Origin: a virus | Direction: 5' to 3' (one strand) | DNA: 64,000 nt | IMG/VR virus record: IMGVR_UViG_3300049460_000371 | Span: 1-64,000 of that record | Part shown: positions 37,414 to 46,380 of the stretch, in pieces | Position numbering within the stretch: the stretch's first letter is position 1 | How the letters are laid out: every line of letters begins with the position of its first letter | Program-made: the position numbers and the translations under genes | Notes under the pieces: generated by a model | Told to the model about the DNA's origin: nothing | Databases searched by the model: none | Seen by the model: only the letters and a program-made list of their open reading frames with translations

Positions 37414-38142
37414 ATGTCTACCAAAATCATCGTACCTGAAGTAGAAATCCTGACCCCAGAGCAGCTCGCACAACGCGAAGCCAATATGGCGACCTTCAAG
37501 AAGGCTACCGCCGCTCTGCGCTATCGTCTGCTGGGCTTGGCCAAGCATGACAAAGAATGGTACCGTGCGCTGAAGGCCCTGGAGTTCAATCTGGCCTATC
37601 ATCCAGGTTGGCGCAAAGACAAGGTGACCCCGGCTGCAATGCACCAGATCACCATCGCCAACCAGTGTCTGACCTTCATCTCGGATCTGATCGATCCTAT
37701 CCGTACTGTCATCGCGGCACTGTCGCATGACACCCCAGAAGACACGCACGTCAGTCACGCCGAGATCCGTGACAACTTCGGCAGCGAGTCCGAAGAAGAC
37801 GTAGAGCTGCTGACCAAGAAGTACCGTGGCGTCAGCAAAGATACCGACGAATATCACTTCGGCTGGTCCGATAATTTCGTGACCTCGGTAGTCAAACCTA
37901 TCGACCGCGACGATAACATCAGCAGCATGGGCGGCGTATTCGGCCTCGAGAAGCAAATTCACTACTGCGGTGAAACGGTCAAATACTTCGTGGGTTCGGC
38001 ACCTGATGGCGTTGCCCGTGGCCTCAAACATTCGCGCCGCAAGTTCCCGCAACAAGAAACCATCTACGAGAACATGAAGCTGAGCCTGGTACGCGGCATG
38101 CGTCCATATCAACGCAACAATGCACTGGGGATCGCACTATGA
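37414..38142 (+). CDS. HD-domain hydrolase, SpoT/Mesh1 ((p)ppGpp hydrolase)-like
   Basis: H...RKD..TP...H, AALSHDTPED, VELLTK, K..DR.DN. Confidence 0.75.
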   Translation: MSTKIIVPEVEILTPEQLAQREANMATFKKATAALRYRLLGLAKHDKEWYRALKALEFNLAYHPGWRKDKVTPAAMHQITIANQCLTFISDLIDPIRTVIAALSHDTPEDTHVSHAEIRDNFGSESEEDVELLTKKYRGVSKDTDEYHFGWSDNFVTSVVKPIDRDDNISSMGGVFGLEKQIHYCGETVKYFVGSAPDGVARGLKHSRRKFPQQETIYENMKLSLVRGMRPYQRNNALGIAL

Positions 38143-38402
38143 GTCTCGGTGGCGGTGGTTTCTCTAATGGCATGGCGGTCGTCTCGTATTTGTTCTTCGG
38201 GACAATTGCCGCCATGGCCCTTGCCGGTTTGTATTTTCTGATGACACTGGCGGTACCCACGTCGCCAGTGCCGACAGCGAAAGTCGAACCTTCGCGCTTG
38301 GCGTGCCAGCATAATCTGTTGTTCAGCCAAGCACGAGATGGTGCTCTGAAACAAATCATTGATGAAAACGGTCATGGCATTCCATGTAAGACAGGACCAT
38401 AG
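38139..38402 (+). CDS. small membrane-anchored protein
   Basis: N-terminal TM; two Cys. Confidence 0.7.
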   Translation: MSLGGGGFSNGMAVVSYLFFGTIAAMALAGLYFLMTLAVPTSPVPTAKVEPSRLACQHNLLFSQARDGALKQIIDENGHGIPCKTGP

Positions 38403-38498
38403 CTGACATCCAGGTTATTGAGTATTTGGTGCCAATTAGTAATATGATGGGGAGCAACTGCTCTCCATTTTTACGACAATCAACCAATAAAAGAATAC

Positions 38499-38882
38499 AT
38501 GAACGTCACTCTCACTCACGGCAAACAACTCGCACAAGCACGTAAAGTCTACACTCTCACGCTGGAATTCATGCACGGAGATGCCGACGGCGACACCTTC
38601 AAGGTCCACACCTATTCTGAAGCAAAAGTCGACAATCTTAAGCGTGACCTGATTGGCGTCAATGTCATGCGTTACAACGATAATTTCGACTCGGATGATT
38701 TCGCCAAAGCATTCGAATCCCATGGCGTTGAAAATGCAGAAAAAGTTGGTGAACTCGTTTACGAAAACATGACCGAATACGACATCCATTGGGAAGGTGA
38801 AAAGGCACGTCTGCGTGGGGTGAAGTTGATCTATACCGACGAACACGGCGTTGATTTCGATGTGTCGTATACCGTAGGTTAA
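38499..38882 (+). CDS. hypothetical protein
   Basis: phage codon bias. Confidence 0.75.
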   Translation: MNVTLTHGKQLAQARKVYTLTLEFMHGDADGDTFKVHTYSEAKVDNLKRDLIGVNVMRYNDNFDSDDFAKAFESHGVENAEKVGELVYENMTEYDIHWEGEKARLRGVKLIYTDEHGVDFDVSYTVG

Positions 38883-38980
38883 ACGGTAACACTTCGGTAA
38901 TATGGTCCCACCTGGGACCATTGCTTCATTGTAACTAGTTTTAATAAATAACCGCATGGAACATTGGGAGTTCACCGAAC

Positions 38981-39787
38981 ATGCGTTTAAATGACTTTTT
39001 CAAAACTGAGCGTGCGATACAGCACCTAGCCGAAGATGTGGGAATGACTGGTAAGCTACCAGATACACCAGACATGAAATATATGGCTCGACTCAAAGAC
39101 TTGTTCAAAGTTGATGGCGAGACCCCGCAACTCACCGTAAGCAAAGTAATCCATATGATCATGGATCGCCCTGCTTCACGAACAACCCGCATTTACATGA
39201 ACGATGTATTGCAAGGTGCCACAAAAGCTGGTATCCGTATTGAACCAGCTCTGCGACAGCACGCAGAAGAATATCTGGATGAAGGCGTGATTCCAACCAT
39301 CAAGCCACTCACAGAAGACATTGATGTAGACGGCATCAGTATTCTAAATGGCGTCACATATGATCAATTGACCGGAGCTGGTGCCGTACCATATAACCGT
39401 GAGATTGAGACATTTGGCGTTGGCGTATTGATGAAACCAAGTGTGTACCTGAGTCTCGTTTTACCATTACGTGGCAATGAACCAACTTCTCAAGTTAGTG
39501 CGGCAGTGGGACAAGAACGTCCAATTGCTTCGCCATGGTTGGCATTGAAATTTGGTGATAACAATGGTGCATTGGCTGTTGAGGAATCTAAAATCCTGAG
39601 TCATCAAGGTCGTCATCGTGCAAAGCAGATTATGGAAAAATATGGCGATGTGGAAATGCTGGTCCACTTAATCTATATTGGTGCTCGTCCTCGTCAAGTA
39701 CCTGATGCGATATTGGAAGAAATAAACCAAGGCGTGATCAACGAGTCAGGTAATTTCATTCACGGCCCATTCTGGGTTAAAGTATAA
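38981..39787 (+). CDS. late protein with ParB/Srx-like HQGRHRA motif, putative virion-internal
   Basis: TAAATA 38945-38950; N-terminus MRLNDF..LAE. Confidence 0.65.
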   Translation: MRLNDFFKTERAIQHLAEDVGMTGKLPDTPDMKYMARLKDLFKVDGETPQLTVSKVIHMIMDRPASRTTRIYMNDVLQGATKAGIRIEPALRQHAEEYLDEGVIPTIKPLTEDIDVDGISILNGVTYDQLTGAGAVPYNREIETFGVGVLMKPSVYLSLVLPLRGNEPTSQVSAAVGQERPIASPWLALKFGDNNGALAVEESKILSHQGRHRAKQIMEKYGDVEMLVHLIYIGARPRQVPDAILEEINQGVINESGNFIHGPFWVKV

Positions 39788-39789
39788 AG

Positions 39790-39818
39790 TTGACTTCTTA
39801 TTCATTTAAGCCTATAAT
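39790..39818 (+). promoter_or_regulatory. early promoter with TTCATTTAAG box
   Basis: TTGACT-17-TATAAT. Confidence 0.75.
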
Positions 39819-39824
39819 AGGAAC

Positions 39825-40214
39825 ATGATGAAAAAGGAGGGCAACATGGTTAAACAGCAAAATCCAGTTCGCGTTCTTAGCAAACCAATCTACGGTCGTG
39901 GTATCGCATATTACGTATACGAATATGCGTACCGATTTACTGGTGGCGCCAATGCAAAATTGGAGCTCTTCCATGCCCCACGTGGCCCAGAGGCAGATAA
40001 TACGCTCGTCACAACTACGGAATTCATCCGTGAATTCAAGGTAGGCGATCGTATTGCATGTTCAGCTACCAGCAACGACAAACACTGCACCATCATCCGC
40101 ATCACTCCCAAAACTATCTGGACCGATTCCATGGAACACGACTGGACTGGTTCTCCCCTGAACAAGCTTCACATTAGCGAATTCTGTGAGATGAACTTGC
40201 CCAAGAAAGCTTGA
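39825..40214 (+). CDS. hypothetical protein, paralog of 40770-41162
   Basis: NAKL...FKVGD...TI..IT.KT. Confidence 0.75.
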   Translation: MMKKEGNMVKQQNPVRVLSKPIYGRGIAYYVYEYAYRFTGGANAKLELFHAPRGPEADNTLVTTTEFIREFKVGDRIACSATSNDKHCTIIRITPKTIWTDSMEHDWTGSPLNKLHISEFCEMNLPKKA

Positions 40215-40226
40215 TCCCAAGGCAAT

Positions 40227-40712
40227 ATGGTTATACCATTGACGTTTCGTGGGGATCATATGCGCCTTGAAGCTGACTATGCGGTGCCGCTCTATCTTGC
40301 GTTAGACCGCAAAATTATAGGGAATACCCTCGCCTCGTTCGAGCCCTTCGGGGCAAATGATAACACAGCACACTATCTGAAAACTTGGCTGCTGTATTGC
40401 TGCCGAGTTGTTCAAGATCCGTTCGACCAAGATATCAAAGACATAAACGATCGCATCGCTGCGCACTTGGGTAATCCAAAATTGCCCATCATTCCTCTGT
40501 TCAGTTATCATGACTCGACGGTGGCCCGCCCAATGGCCACCAAGATGCTCGAACGCATATGTTTCTCTCCCATAACATCTGAATACCAGAAGCCGGAAAT
40601 TGGTGCCTATGTGATCTTCAATGGTACACTAGCTGTCATCAAGAATGAATGGCTAGCAGTAGCACGACAATCCATGATAAACGAATTAGTTAAAGGTTTG
40701 TCATCAGATTAG
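40227..40712 (+). CDS. hypothetical protein
   Basis: ORF track. Confidence 0.65.
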   Translation: MVIPLTFRGDHMRLEADYAVPLYLALDRKIIGNTLASFEPFGANDNTAHYLKTWLLYCCRVVQDPFDQDIKDINDRIAAHLGNPKLPIIPLFSYHDSTVARPMATKMLERICFSPITSEYQKPEIGAYVIFNGTLAVIKNEWLAVARQSMINELVKGLSSD

Positions 40713-40769
40713 TTGATTTTTAGTTCATTTGAACATATACTGTCCTTATTGTGAACTGAAAGGAACAGC

Positions 40770-41162
40770 ATGCTGAACACTCCAGTCCAAGCAGTAATGA
40801 CCAAAGCCCGTAAATCGCGCGGCATGGAATATCCGCCAAGCCAAACTGGCTACCACATCCGTGTGGAAGGCAAGGGCAAGAATGCCAAGCTGGATGTTCT
40901 GAAAATGAATGACACGACTAAGCAGGTTGAATACTGCCAGTCGTTCAAGGTCGGCGACACGGCGGAACATGGTTCCTACAACCTCAAATACATGGGTACG
41001 ATCACCGCCATCACTGAGAAAACGGTAACGGTGACCGACTTCGTGAACAAATTCGACGGACGTGTTCATCGCATGGATATGCACACGTTCTGCTGGCGAA
41101 ATCATGACCTGAACGTCGCCGAAAACATCAAGCAAAATCAAGAAACTTCCTGGAACCTCTAA
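40770..41162 (+). CDS. hypothetical protein, paralog of 39825-40214
   Basis: boxed promoter 40713-40741; FKVGD motif. Confidence 0.8.
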   Translation: MLNTPVQAVMTKARKSRGMEYPPSQTGYHIRVEGKGKNAKLDVLKMNDTTKQVEYCQSFKVGDTAEHGSYNLKYMGTITAITEKTVTVTDFVNKFDGRVHRMDMHTFCWRNHDLNVAENIKQNQETSWNL

Positions 41163-41171
41163 GGAGCAATC

Positions 41172-41366
41172 ATGGTAGGACTCGCACAAGCTGCTTACGT
41201 GTTGATCACCAATCAACATAACAAACCACAAGCCCAAGACCATAGCGGCAACGACATCTGCGAAGGTTGTGGTTGTCTGGGCCATACCAATACTGGCGAT
41301 GGCACCTACTGCCCAGACTACCAGGATGACGTGATGGCAGATTGCCGTTGCATGTACGGAGACTAA
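41172..41366 (+). CDS. small Cys-rich protein
   Basis: RBS AAGGAG; CEGCGC..C..CRC. Confidence 0.65.
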   Translation: MVGLAQAAYVLITNQHNKPQAQDHSGNDICEGCGCLGHTNTGDGTYCPDYQDDVMADCRCMYGD

Positions 41367-41367
41367 T

Positions 41368-41496
41368 ATGGAACGTGCAATGACTCCTCGCGAACTCCGT
41401 GCAGCAGTGATCGATACCCTGGCCTTCTTGGGCGTGATTGCCCTGGCCATTGGAGCGCCGTTTATCTTCCAGGCATTCGGGCTGCACCTCAGCTAA
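41368..41496 (+). CDS. small single-TM protein (42 aa, below the ORF-track cutoff)
   Basis: RBS GGAG; MERAMTPRELRAAVIDTLAFLGVIALAIGAPFIF. Confidence 0.6.
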   Translation: MERAMTPRELRAAVIDTLAFLGVIALAIGAPFIFQAFGLHLS

Positions 41497-41602
41497 CAAA
41501 CGACGACCCATGACGTCTCCTGACGTCCAGTGATGTGCCATGTTATCTTTGTGATACTGGCACGTCATTGTATTATGGCAACAACTTTTTACCATCGTTG
41601 CC

Positions 41603-42091
41603 ATGACTATCCCATCTATCTCAACCGCATCAAGCATTCAATGGGGAGCATTCTCCAAAGCTATTCACGACTATACTGAATTGCTCAAAGGGATTAAGCC
41701 CGGCCAATTGACACATTTTATAATGCCACGTCAAACTGGCAAGTCTACGCTCATGCAAGCATATTCGCGTGGGTTTTTAGACAAAGTGGATATCCCCGCA
41801 CGTCGTGGGCGTAAAGGCAAACCTCATTGGCGCTATTTCAGAGCCTTACGTCATGACCGGGCATGGTCCACACAATGGGCCAATATCGTCAAGGTCTATG
41901 AAAATCATATATCTGAGAACGATTCAGATTATAAGTTCTGGTATTTTATCGATGAACGGAAATTGGCTGAATGGCTGCGACCACAGTTGATTAACTGCAC
42001 GATAAGATTCGATCCCCAATATAACAAACGCATCGCCGTTGATTTCGACGACGAAGCTGCAAGAACCACCTTTTACCTGCAATGGGCATAA
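41603..42091 (+). CDS. DA.LFKL-family protein
   Basis: LAEWL...FDDEAARTTFYLQW; N-terminal PRQTGKST. Confidence 0.7.
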   Translation: MTIPSISTASSIQWGAFSKAIHDYTELLKGIKPGQLTHFIMPRQTGKSTLMQAYSRGFLDKVDIPARRGRKGKPHWRYFRALRHDRAWSTQWANIVKVYENHISENDSDYKFWYFIDERKLAEWLRPQLINCTIRFDPQYNKRIAVDFDDEAARTTFYLQWA

Positions 42092-42097
42092 AATAAA

Positions 42098-42703
42098 ATG
42101 AACAAACCCAATCTCGTACTGATGCGCCATGGTCAATCACTTACCAATTCTGGTACGGTCGTCCATAACGAACGCCAAAACATTCTTACCCCAAAGGGCA
42201 TCTCGGATAATATTCGCCTAGCTAATACTTTCCGTCATGTTTTTCCTGACCTGCAATTCGATCATTCGTTTGTGTCGCCCTTACCGCGTGCGATGCAAAC
42301 TCACTTCAACTTCCTGAGCACGATTGAGAACCGTGCAATCGATACCGAAATCGAAGAACGCTTCATCGAACGCCATTTGGGGTTTGAAGGCTTTCTGACC
42401 ATTCAGACCATGATTGCTCGCTATGGTCAGGACGTTGTCAATTCGTGGGAGTTGAATCCCGACGTGGCCCCTGGTACAAATGGCGAAGGCGGCGAGTCAT
42501 TACGTGACGTATACGACCGCGTGGTGTTTGGCTACCAGGAGTTGATTGTTCCACGCCTTCGTGATGGTCAAACTATTCTGCTCACAGCTCACTACTACGT
42601 GTTGAAAGTCCTGCAATCACATCTGCTGTACGGTGACGTATCAAAGGCCCCGCTGTTCGATCCGCGCAACTCTCTGCCAGTGCCATATAGGGTTGAGATC
42701 TGA
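42098..42703 (+). CDS. histidine phosphatase (phosphoglycerate mutase superfamily)
   Basis: LMRHGQS..N, SPL.RA.QT, GESL, LTAH. Confidence 0.88.
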   Translation: MNKPNLVLMRHGQSLTNSGTVVHNERQNILTPKGISDNIRLANTFRHVFPDLQFDHSFVSPLPRAMQTHFNFLSTIENRAIDTEIEERFIERHLGFEGFLTIQTMIARYGQDVVNSWELNPDVAPGTNGEGGESLRDVYDRVVFGYQELIVPRLRDGQTILLTAHYYVLKVLQSHLLYGDVSKAPLFDPRNSLPVPYRVEI

Positions 42704-42704
42704 A

Positions 42705-42962
42705 ATGAATATACTCGCTCATTTCATGGCTTGGTGCAATCCAGTCGCCAAGCCCCCAAAATATTGGGTCAAGTTGGCACGTGGCACCATTAAAGCTCAC
42801 GAGGAACGACCGTTTCCTGAGCAACCCAAGAACTTCAGTTTGGTCACAGATGCCCCCGAGATGCGATATCATGATGGTGTAACACCAGGCGGCATTGTGA
42901 TACCACTGGATGAAGAAACTTGGAAGAAAATCATGGCCGATTATGGTTATGACCTGAAGTAA
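42705..42962 (+). CDS. hypothetical protein
   Basis: ATG just after upstream stop. Confidence 0.65.
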   Translation: MNILAHFMAWCNPVAKPPKYWVKLARGTIKAHEERPFPEQPKNFSLVTDAPEMRYHDGVTPGGIVIPLDEETWKKIMADYGYDLK

Positions 42963-43086
42963 AAAAGATTTGAAGGTGATTGATATTCTATTTTGACGTT
43001 CAACTTGTAATCATGCATCATACTGATATGGCGAAACAAAACGCCAAGCAAGTAGAAAACAAAAACAACAAACTGGAAAATCAATC

Positions 43087-43314
43087 ATGTCTAAAACTTT
43101 TGAACTCTCTGAACGTCAAGTAGAAGTAGTCCGTGCAATCCGCAAACTGCAACGCTCCCTGCGTCGCGCCCCAACCCAACGTGCGGTTGCTCAAGAAATT
43201 GGTACCATCGGCCGTCGTGGCGTTTGTCACGTTATCGCCAACCTGGCACGTCAAGGCGCAGTTGATGTCTATGGCAAAACCACCGCCATCAAGTTTTACG
43301 ACTTGAAAGCCTAA
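43087..43314 (+). CDS. LexA-type winged-helix DNA-binding protein (DNA-binding domain only)
   Basis: LSERQVEV...PTQRAVAQEIG...L.RQG; terminator downstream. Confidence 0.7.
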   Translation: MSKTFELSERQVEVVRAIRKLQRSLRRAPTQRAVAQEIGTIGRRGVCHVIANLARQGAVDVYGKTTAIKFYDLKA

Positions 43315-43414
43315 GCGCCCTAGTAGCCAAATGAGCCCGCTTCGTGCGGGCTTTTTTACGTCTGTTGATCTCTCGTGTGTTCATCAGTATAATGGCGTAT
43401 CTTAAGGGGACCAT

Positions 43415-43708
43415 ATGATCAAACTGACCGCATACGAACGTATCAAGCTGTATAGCAAGATCGCCATCGCCATGATCTACAACCTGAAACCAGGTCCCTT
43501 GATTGTTCTTAAGGGGAAGGGCCTGACCTATACGGTTCACAAGAACCTGTGGGTCACCATCAGCGATGGTCATTCCAAAGACATGCTGCCACTGAACTTC
43601 TGCTCGCAAGAATTCGTCGACAACATCTCGAAAGAACTCGAGAAGCGCTTCATTTTCAGGCTTCTGAAAATGACTCCCCGTGAACAAGAATATTTGGGCC
43701 AGCAATGA
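43415..43708 (+). CDS. hypothetical protein
   Basis: promoter and RBS upstream. Confidence 0.7.
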   Translation: MIKLTAYERIKLYSKIAIAMIYNLKPGPLIVLKGKGLTYTVHKNLWVTISDGHSKDMLPLNFCSQEFVDNISKELEKRFIFRLLKMTPREQEYLGQQ

Positions 43709-44055
43709 AACAACGCAATATCGTAAAGTGGTACAAGGCATTCGTTGCACCGAATGATAAGATGGCCCAGGATGTCATTGACGCATTACCCTATACCTTC
43801 GTGGTAATCAACCCCCAACTGTCATACAGCGGCCGCCGTGGTCGTGACGAGCGGGTGCGTGACGTCATTGCTTGGTTGCGAGCCAACGTCAACCGTGACC
43901 GGTATGTGCTGTGCAGCCATGTAAACCGCAATGATGTCATGACAGCACAATACGACAACGCGATGTGGCAGTTCGGCAAGATCTACGGCGTTGCATTCCA
44001 GCATGAAGAAGATGCAGTGCTGTTCAAACTGGCAAATATCCAGCATATTACTTGA
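43705..44055 (+). CDS. DA.LFKL-family protein
   Basis: VIAWL...FQHEEDAVLFKLA. Confidence 0.8.
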   Translation: MKQRNIVKWYKAFVAPNDKMAQDVIDALPYTFVVINPQLSYSGRRGRDERVRDVIAWLRANVNRDRYVLCSHVNRNDVMTAQYDNAMWQFGKIYGVAFQHEEDAVLFKLANIQHIT

Positions 44056-44094
44056 TCTCTTGTTCATTTGAACCTATACTAGGAACATCTGAAC
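44052..44094 (+). promoter_or_regulatory. early promoter cassette (31/32 identical to 29519-29550)
   Basis: TTGATC-17-TATACT. Confidence 0.8.
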
Positions 44095-44106
44095 CAGGAG
44101 GAAATT

Positions 44107-44298
44107 ATGCAAATCGATCTGCATCTTCAATTTCAAGAAGTTACCAACCAGGACGAACTGATCGCCAACGCACCAGTCGTACCAATGGTTGGTTCGTATA
44201 TCTGTTCGCAGCACCATGGGCTGCGACTTATTACCAAGATAGTGTATGAGTTCACTCCACAAGAACTGAAGGTGTTCCTCCGTACAGTGGTTGCATAA
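44107..44298 (+). CDS. small hypothetical protein
   Basis: RBS AGGAGG. Confidence 0.75.
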   Translation: MQIDLHLQFQEVTNQDELIANAPVVPMVGSYICSQHHGLRLITKIVYEFTPQELKVFLRTVVA

Positions 44299-44696
44299 TG
44301 TCACTAAAAGATTTGGTCCGGATTTACTGGGAACGAGAGCACGAAGCCTCGGCTTCCACTGAAGCTTGGTTAACTCACTTCACAAAGACGAGTTCACGCC
44401 AATGGCCAGGGCTTCTGGCACATTGCCCGTTCAGTGTGGTGCGGATCAAGCCTATCCCGTTCGACATTGATCATATCGGTCAAGTTGAATGTGCTATGTG
44501 GCTCGCACAGCAAAGCACGAATGGGCTCGACGTAAGCCTCATCATCGAGTCATATACACCAGATCGTTCCATCTATGTGTCACATATGAAATACGTGCTG
44601 TGGAACGATCCGCAGATCGCGGGCATTATTTGTCAGGATGATGCCGTGGCTGCAATGTTCAAGCTGACATTCCCAGAGCTGCTGTTTACCAGGTAA
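44298..44696 (+). CDS. DA.LFKL-family protein
   Basis: AMWL...CQDDAVAAMFKLTF. Confidence 0.75.
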   Translation: MSLKDLVRIYWEREHEASASTEAWLTHFTKTSSRQWPGLLAHCPFSVVRIKPIPFDIDHIGQVECAMWLAQQSTNGLDVSLIIESYTPDRSIYVSHMKYVLWNDPQIAGIICQDDAVAAMFKLTFPELLFTR

Positions 44697-44709
44697 TCAA
44701 CTATTTCAC

Positions 44710-45141
44710 TTGCCAGTTGTTATACTGTGGTCCAAACACCACAATATGGCAACTGTGAATAACGAATCTCCCCACACTTGGTATAATCGATATGGCCGCT
44801 ATCTGGGCCCATACTCGATCTTCAGAGCCTCGTCACCATTCCCAATCGTTGACCTGCCACCCAAGAAGTTTATCTCATTCTTGAATTGGTATAATTGGAA
44901 AGAACTCCAGGGACACTCAACACTGGATATGAATCGAGTCAATGAGTGTGGTTATTTGGAATGGCTGTTCGACAATCATACACCAGACGAATACTGCTTC
45001 GTCTATAAAACCACGATGGAAAACGAAGGCCATGTTACCGACCCTGAGTTGTCATGGTCCCCGTACCTATCAGCTATTCTTTTTTGTTCAGAAGAAAAGG
45101 CAGTCATGTTTCGATTGACCTGCGCGGAACATTTGATATGA
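44710..45141 (+). CDS. DA.LFKL-family protein
   Basis: LEWL...FCSEEKAVMFRLT. Confidence 0.75.
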   Translation: MPVVILWSKHHNMATVNNESPHTWYNRYGRYLGPYSIFRASSPFPIVDLPPKKFISFLNWYNWKELQGHSTLDMNRVNECGYLEWLFDNHTPDEYCFVYKTTMENEGHVTDPELSWSPYLSAILFCSEEKAVMFRLTCAEHLI

Positions 45142-45599
45142 TCCCAGGTTACGAAAATTACTATGACTGGTTGATCAAGGCACGTGAATCAAATTTAACC
45201 GTGGCGCCATGGTTGGCAGGATTCACGCAATGGGTCAATCACCGTGATTACTCATACCTGGTTGCTTCTCATCCAGGTTACTTGATCAAGTTAACGGCTG
45301 ATCACTTTTACTGCATTGCTGCCGAGTGTTGGATCACCAATTGGGCGAAAGAACACATCAAGGATCATCACGATGGCACCGAGGCATTTGCCGTCATCCC
45401 TGTATCAAATTTTGGGTTAGTCCGACTCAAACATGAATATGGTTTGATCACAACCAATCGAGATCGAGCAGCCGCGCACTATCCAGAAGTCCGCCGTGTG
45501 CTGTTTGATCGGGCAGAAGATGCTGCTCTGTTCAAACTCACATTCCTGGATAAAATCACACCAGTTATCCACAAAGTAAACTACGAGGAAAAATTATGA
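45138..45599 (+). CDS. DA.LFKL-family protein
   Basis: ITNW...FDRAEDAALFKLTF; ATGA coupling. Confidence 0.75.
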   Translation: MIPGYENYYDWLIKARESNLTVAPWLAGFTQWVNHRDYSYLVASHPGYLIKLTADHFYCIAAECWITNWAKEHIKDHHDGTEAFAVIPVSNFGLVRLKHEYGLITTNRDRAAAHYPEVRRVLFDRAEDAALFKLTFLDKITPVIHKVNYEEKL

Positions 45600-45982
45600 A
45601 GTATGTGGCAATATTCAGACAATACGGTGAAGGTTGCGACTACACAATCGCGTGCGGCCAAAAATCGTTCACATTCGACGCACTTGCGGACGACGTCGCA
45701 CATGAATTCATCTTGAACAAAATTCGTGAAGAGCACGCAAGTGACGACTACAAGCTGGAACTTGTCCAACTTTTCAGAGTGGGCGAAGAAATCAAAGTTG
45801 ATCTCAAGGCACTCTACAGTGAAATCAACTCTGACCGACAAGCAGAAGAAGCGGGTCGCAAGTTGCGCAAAGCTGAACAAGAGTTGGCCCAGGCACAGAA
45901 AGCAGTGGCGGAAGCTGAAGAGAATCGCAAAGCCTTCCTGAAACATTTCTATGAAACTGGCGACGGTGGCGGCACTACGTAA
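45596..45982 (+). CDS. hypothetical protein with coiled coil
   Basis: GEGCDYTIACG; RBS GAGGA. Confidence 0.75.
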   Translation: MKYVAIFRQYGEGCDYTIACGQKSFTFDALADDVAHEFILNKIREEHASDDYKLELVQLFRVGEEIKVDLKALYSEINSDRQAEEAGRKLRKAEQELAQAQKAVAEAEENRKAFLKHFYETGDGGGTT

Positions 45983-46109
45983 GAATCGTTTGTAATTTGC
46001 GCTAACGCATAACAGTCAGCAAAGTATGTTGCTATTATCCTAATACAGCTTGGTTCCATCGCTGAGCTGTAGAAAGGGAAAGGTGACCTATGTAGGCTTT
46101 TTGGCTGAT

Positions 46110-46137
46110 AAAAAAGCCCGGAGGTTCCGGGCTTTTT
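46110..46137. terminator. bidirectional terminator between convergent units
   Basis: AAAAAGCCCGGAGGTTCCGGGCTTTTT. Confidence 0.85.
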
Positions 46138-46138
46138 G

Positions 46139-46372
46139 TTAACTCCAATACTGCCTGACGTTTGACCCCGCACCACCAGCATCAGAAATGATACCAGCAG
46201 CCGAAACGGTTCCGCGATCAGTTGGAACACCCTGAAACACCAGGTTGTTAACTGGTTCCAAATCCAACAACGGGAAACCGGTTACTTGGCCACGTTGAAT
46301 GGAGGTATTTGCATAAACCGCAGGTAACACCAAACGAATAGTAGCACCTTGTATTGATCCAATACTTGCCAT
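46139..46372 (-). CDS. small virion-cassette protein
   Basis: last gene of - strand late operon; RBS GAGGTG. Confidence 0.7.
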   Translation of the reverse strand: MASIGSIQGATIRLVLPAVYANTSIQRGQVTGFPLLDLEPVNNLVFQGVPTDRGTVSAAGIISDAGGAGSNVRQYWS

Positions 46373-46380
46373 ATATCACC

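Noticed and set aside
41603-42091. Terminase or helicase suggested by PRQTGKST
   Set aside because: An isolated Walker-A-like string in a 162-aa protein with no Walker B or other ATPase motifs; at most a captured fragment.
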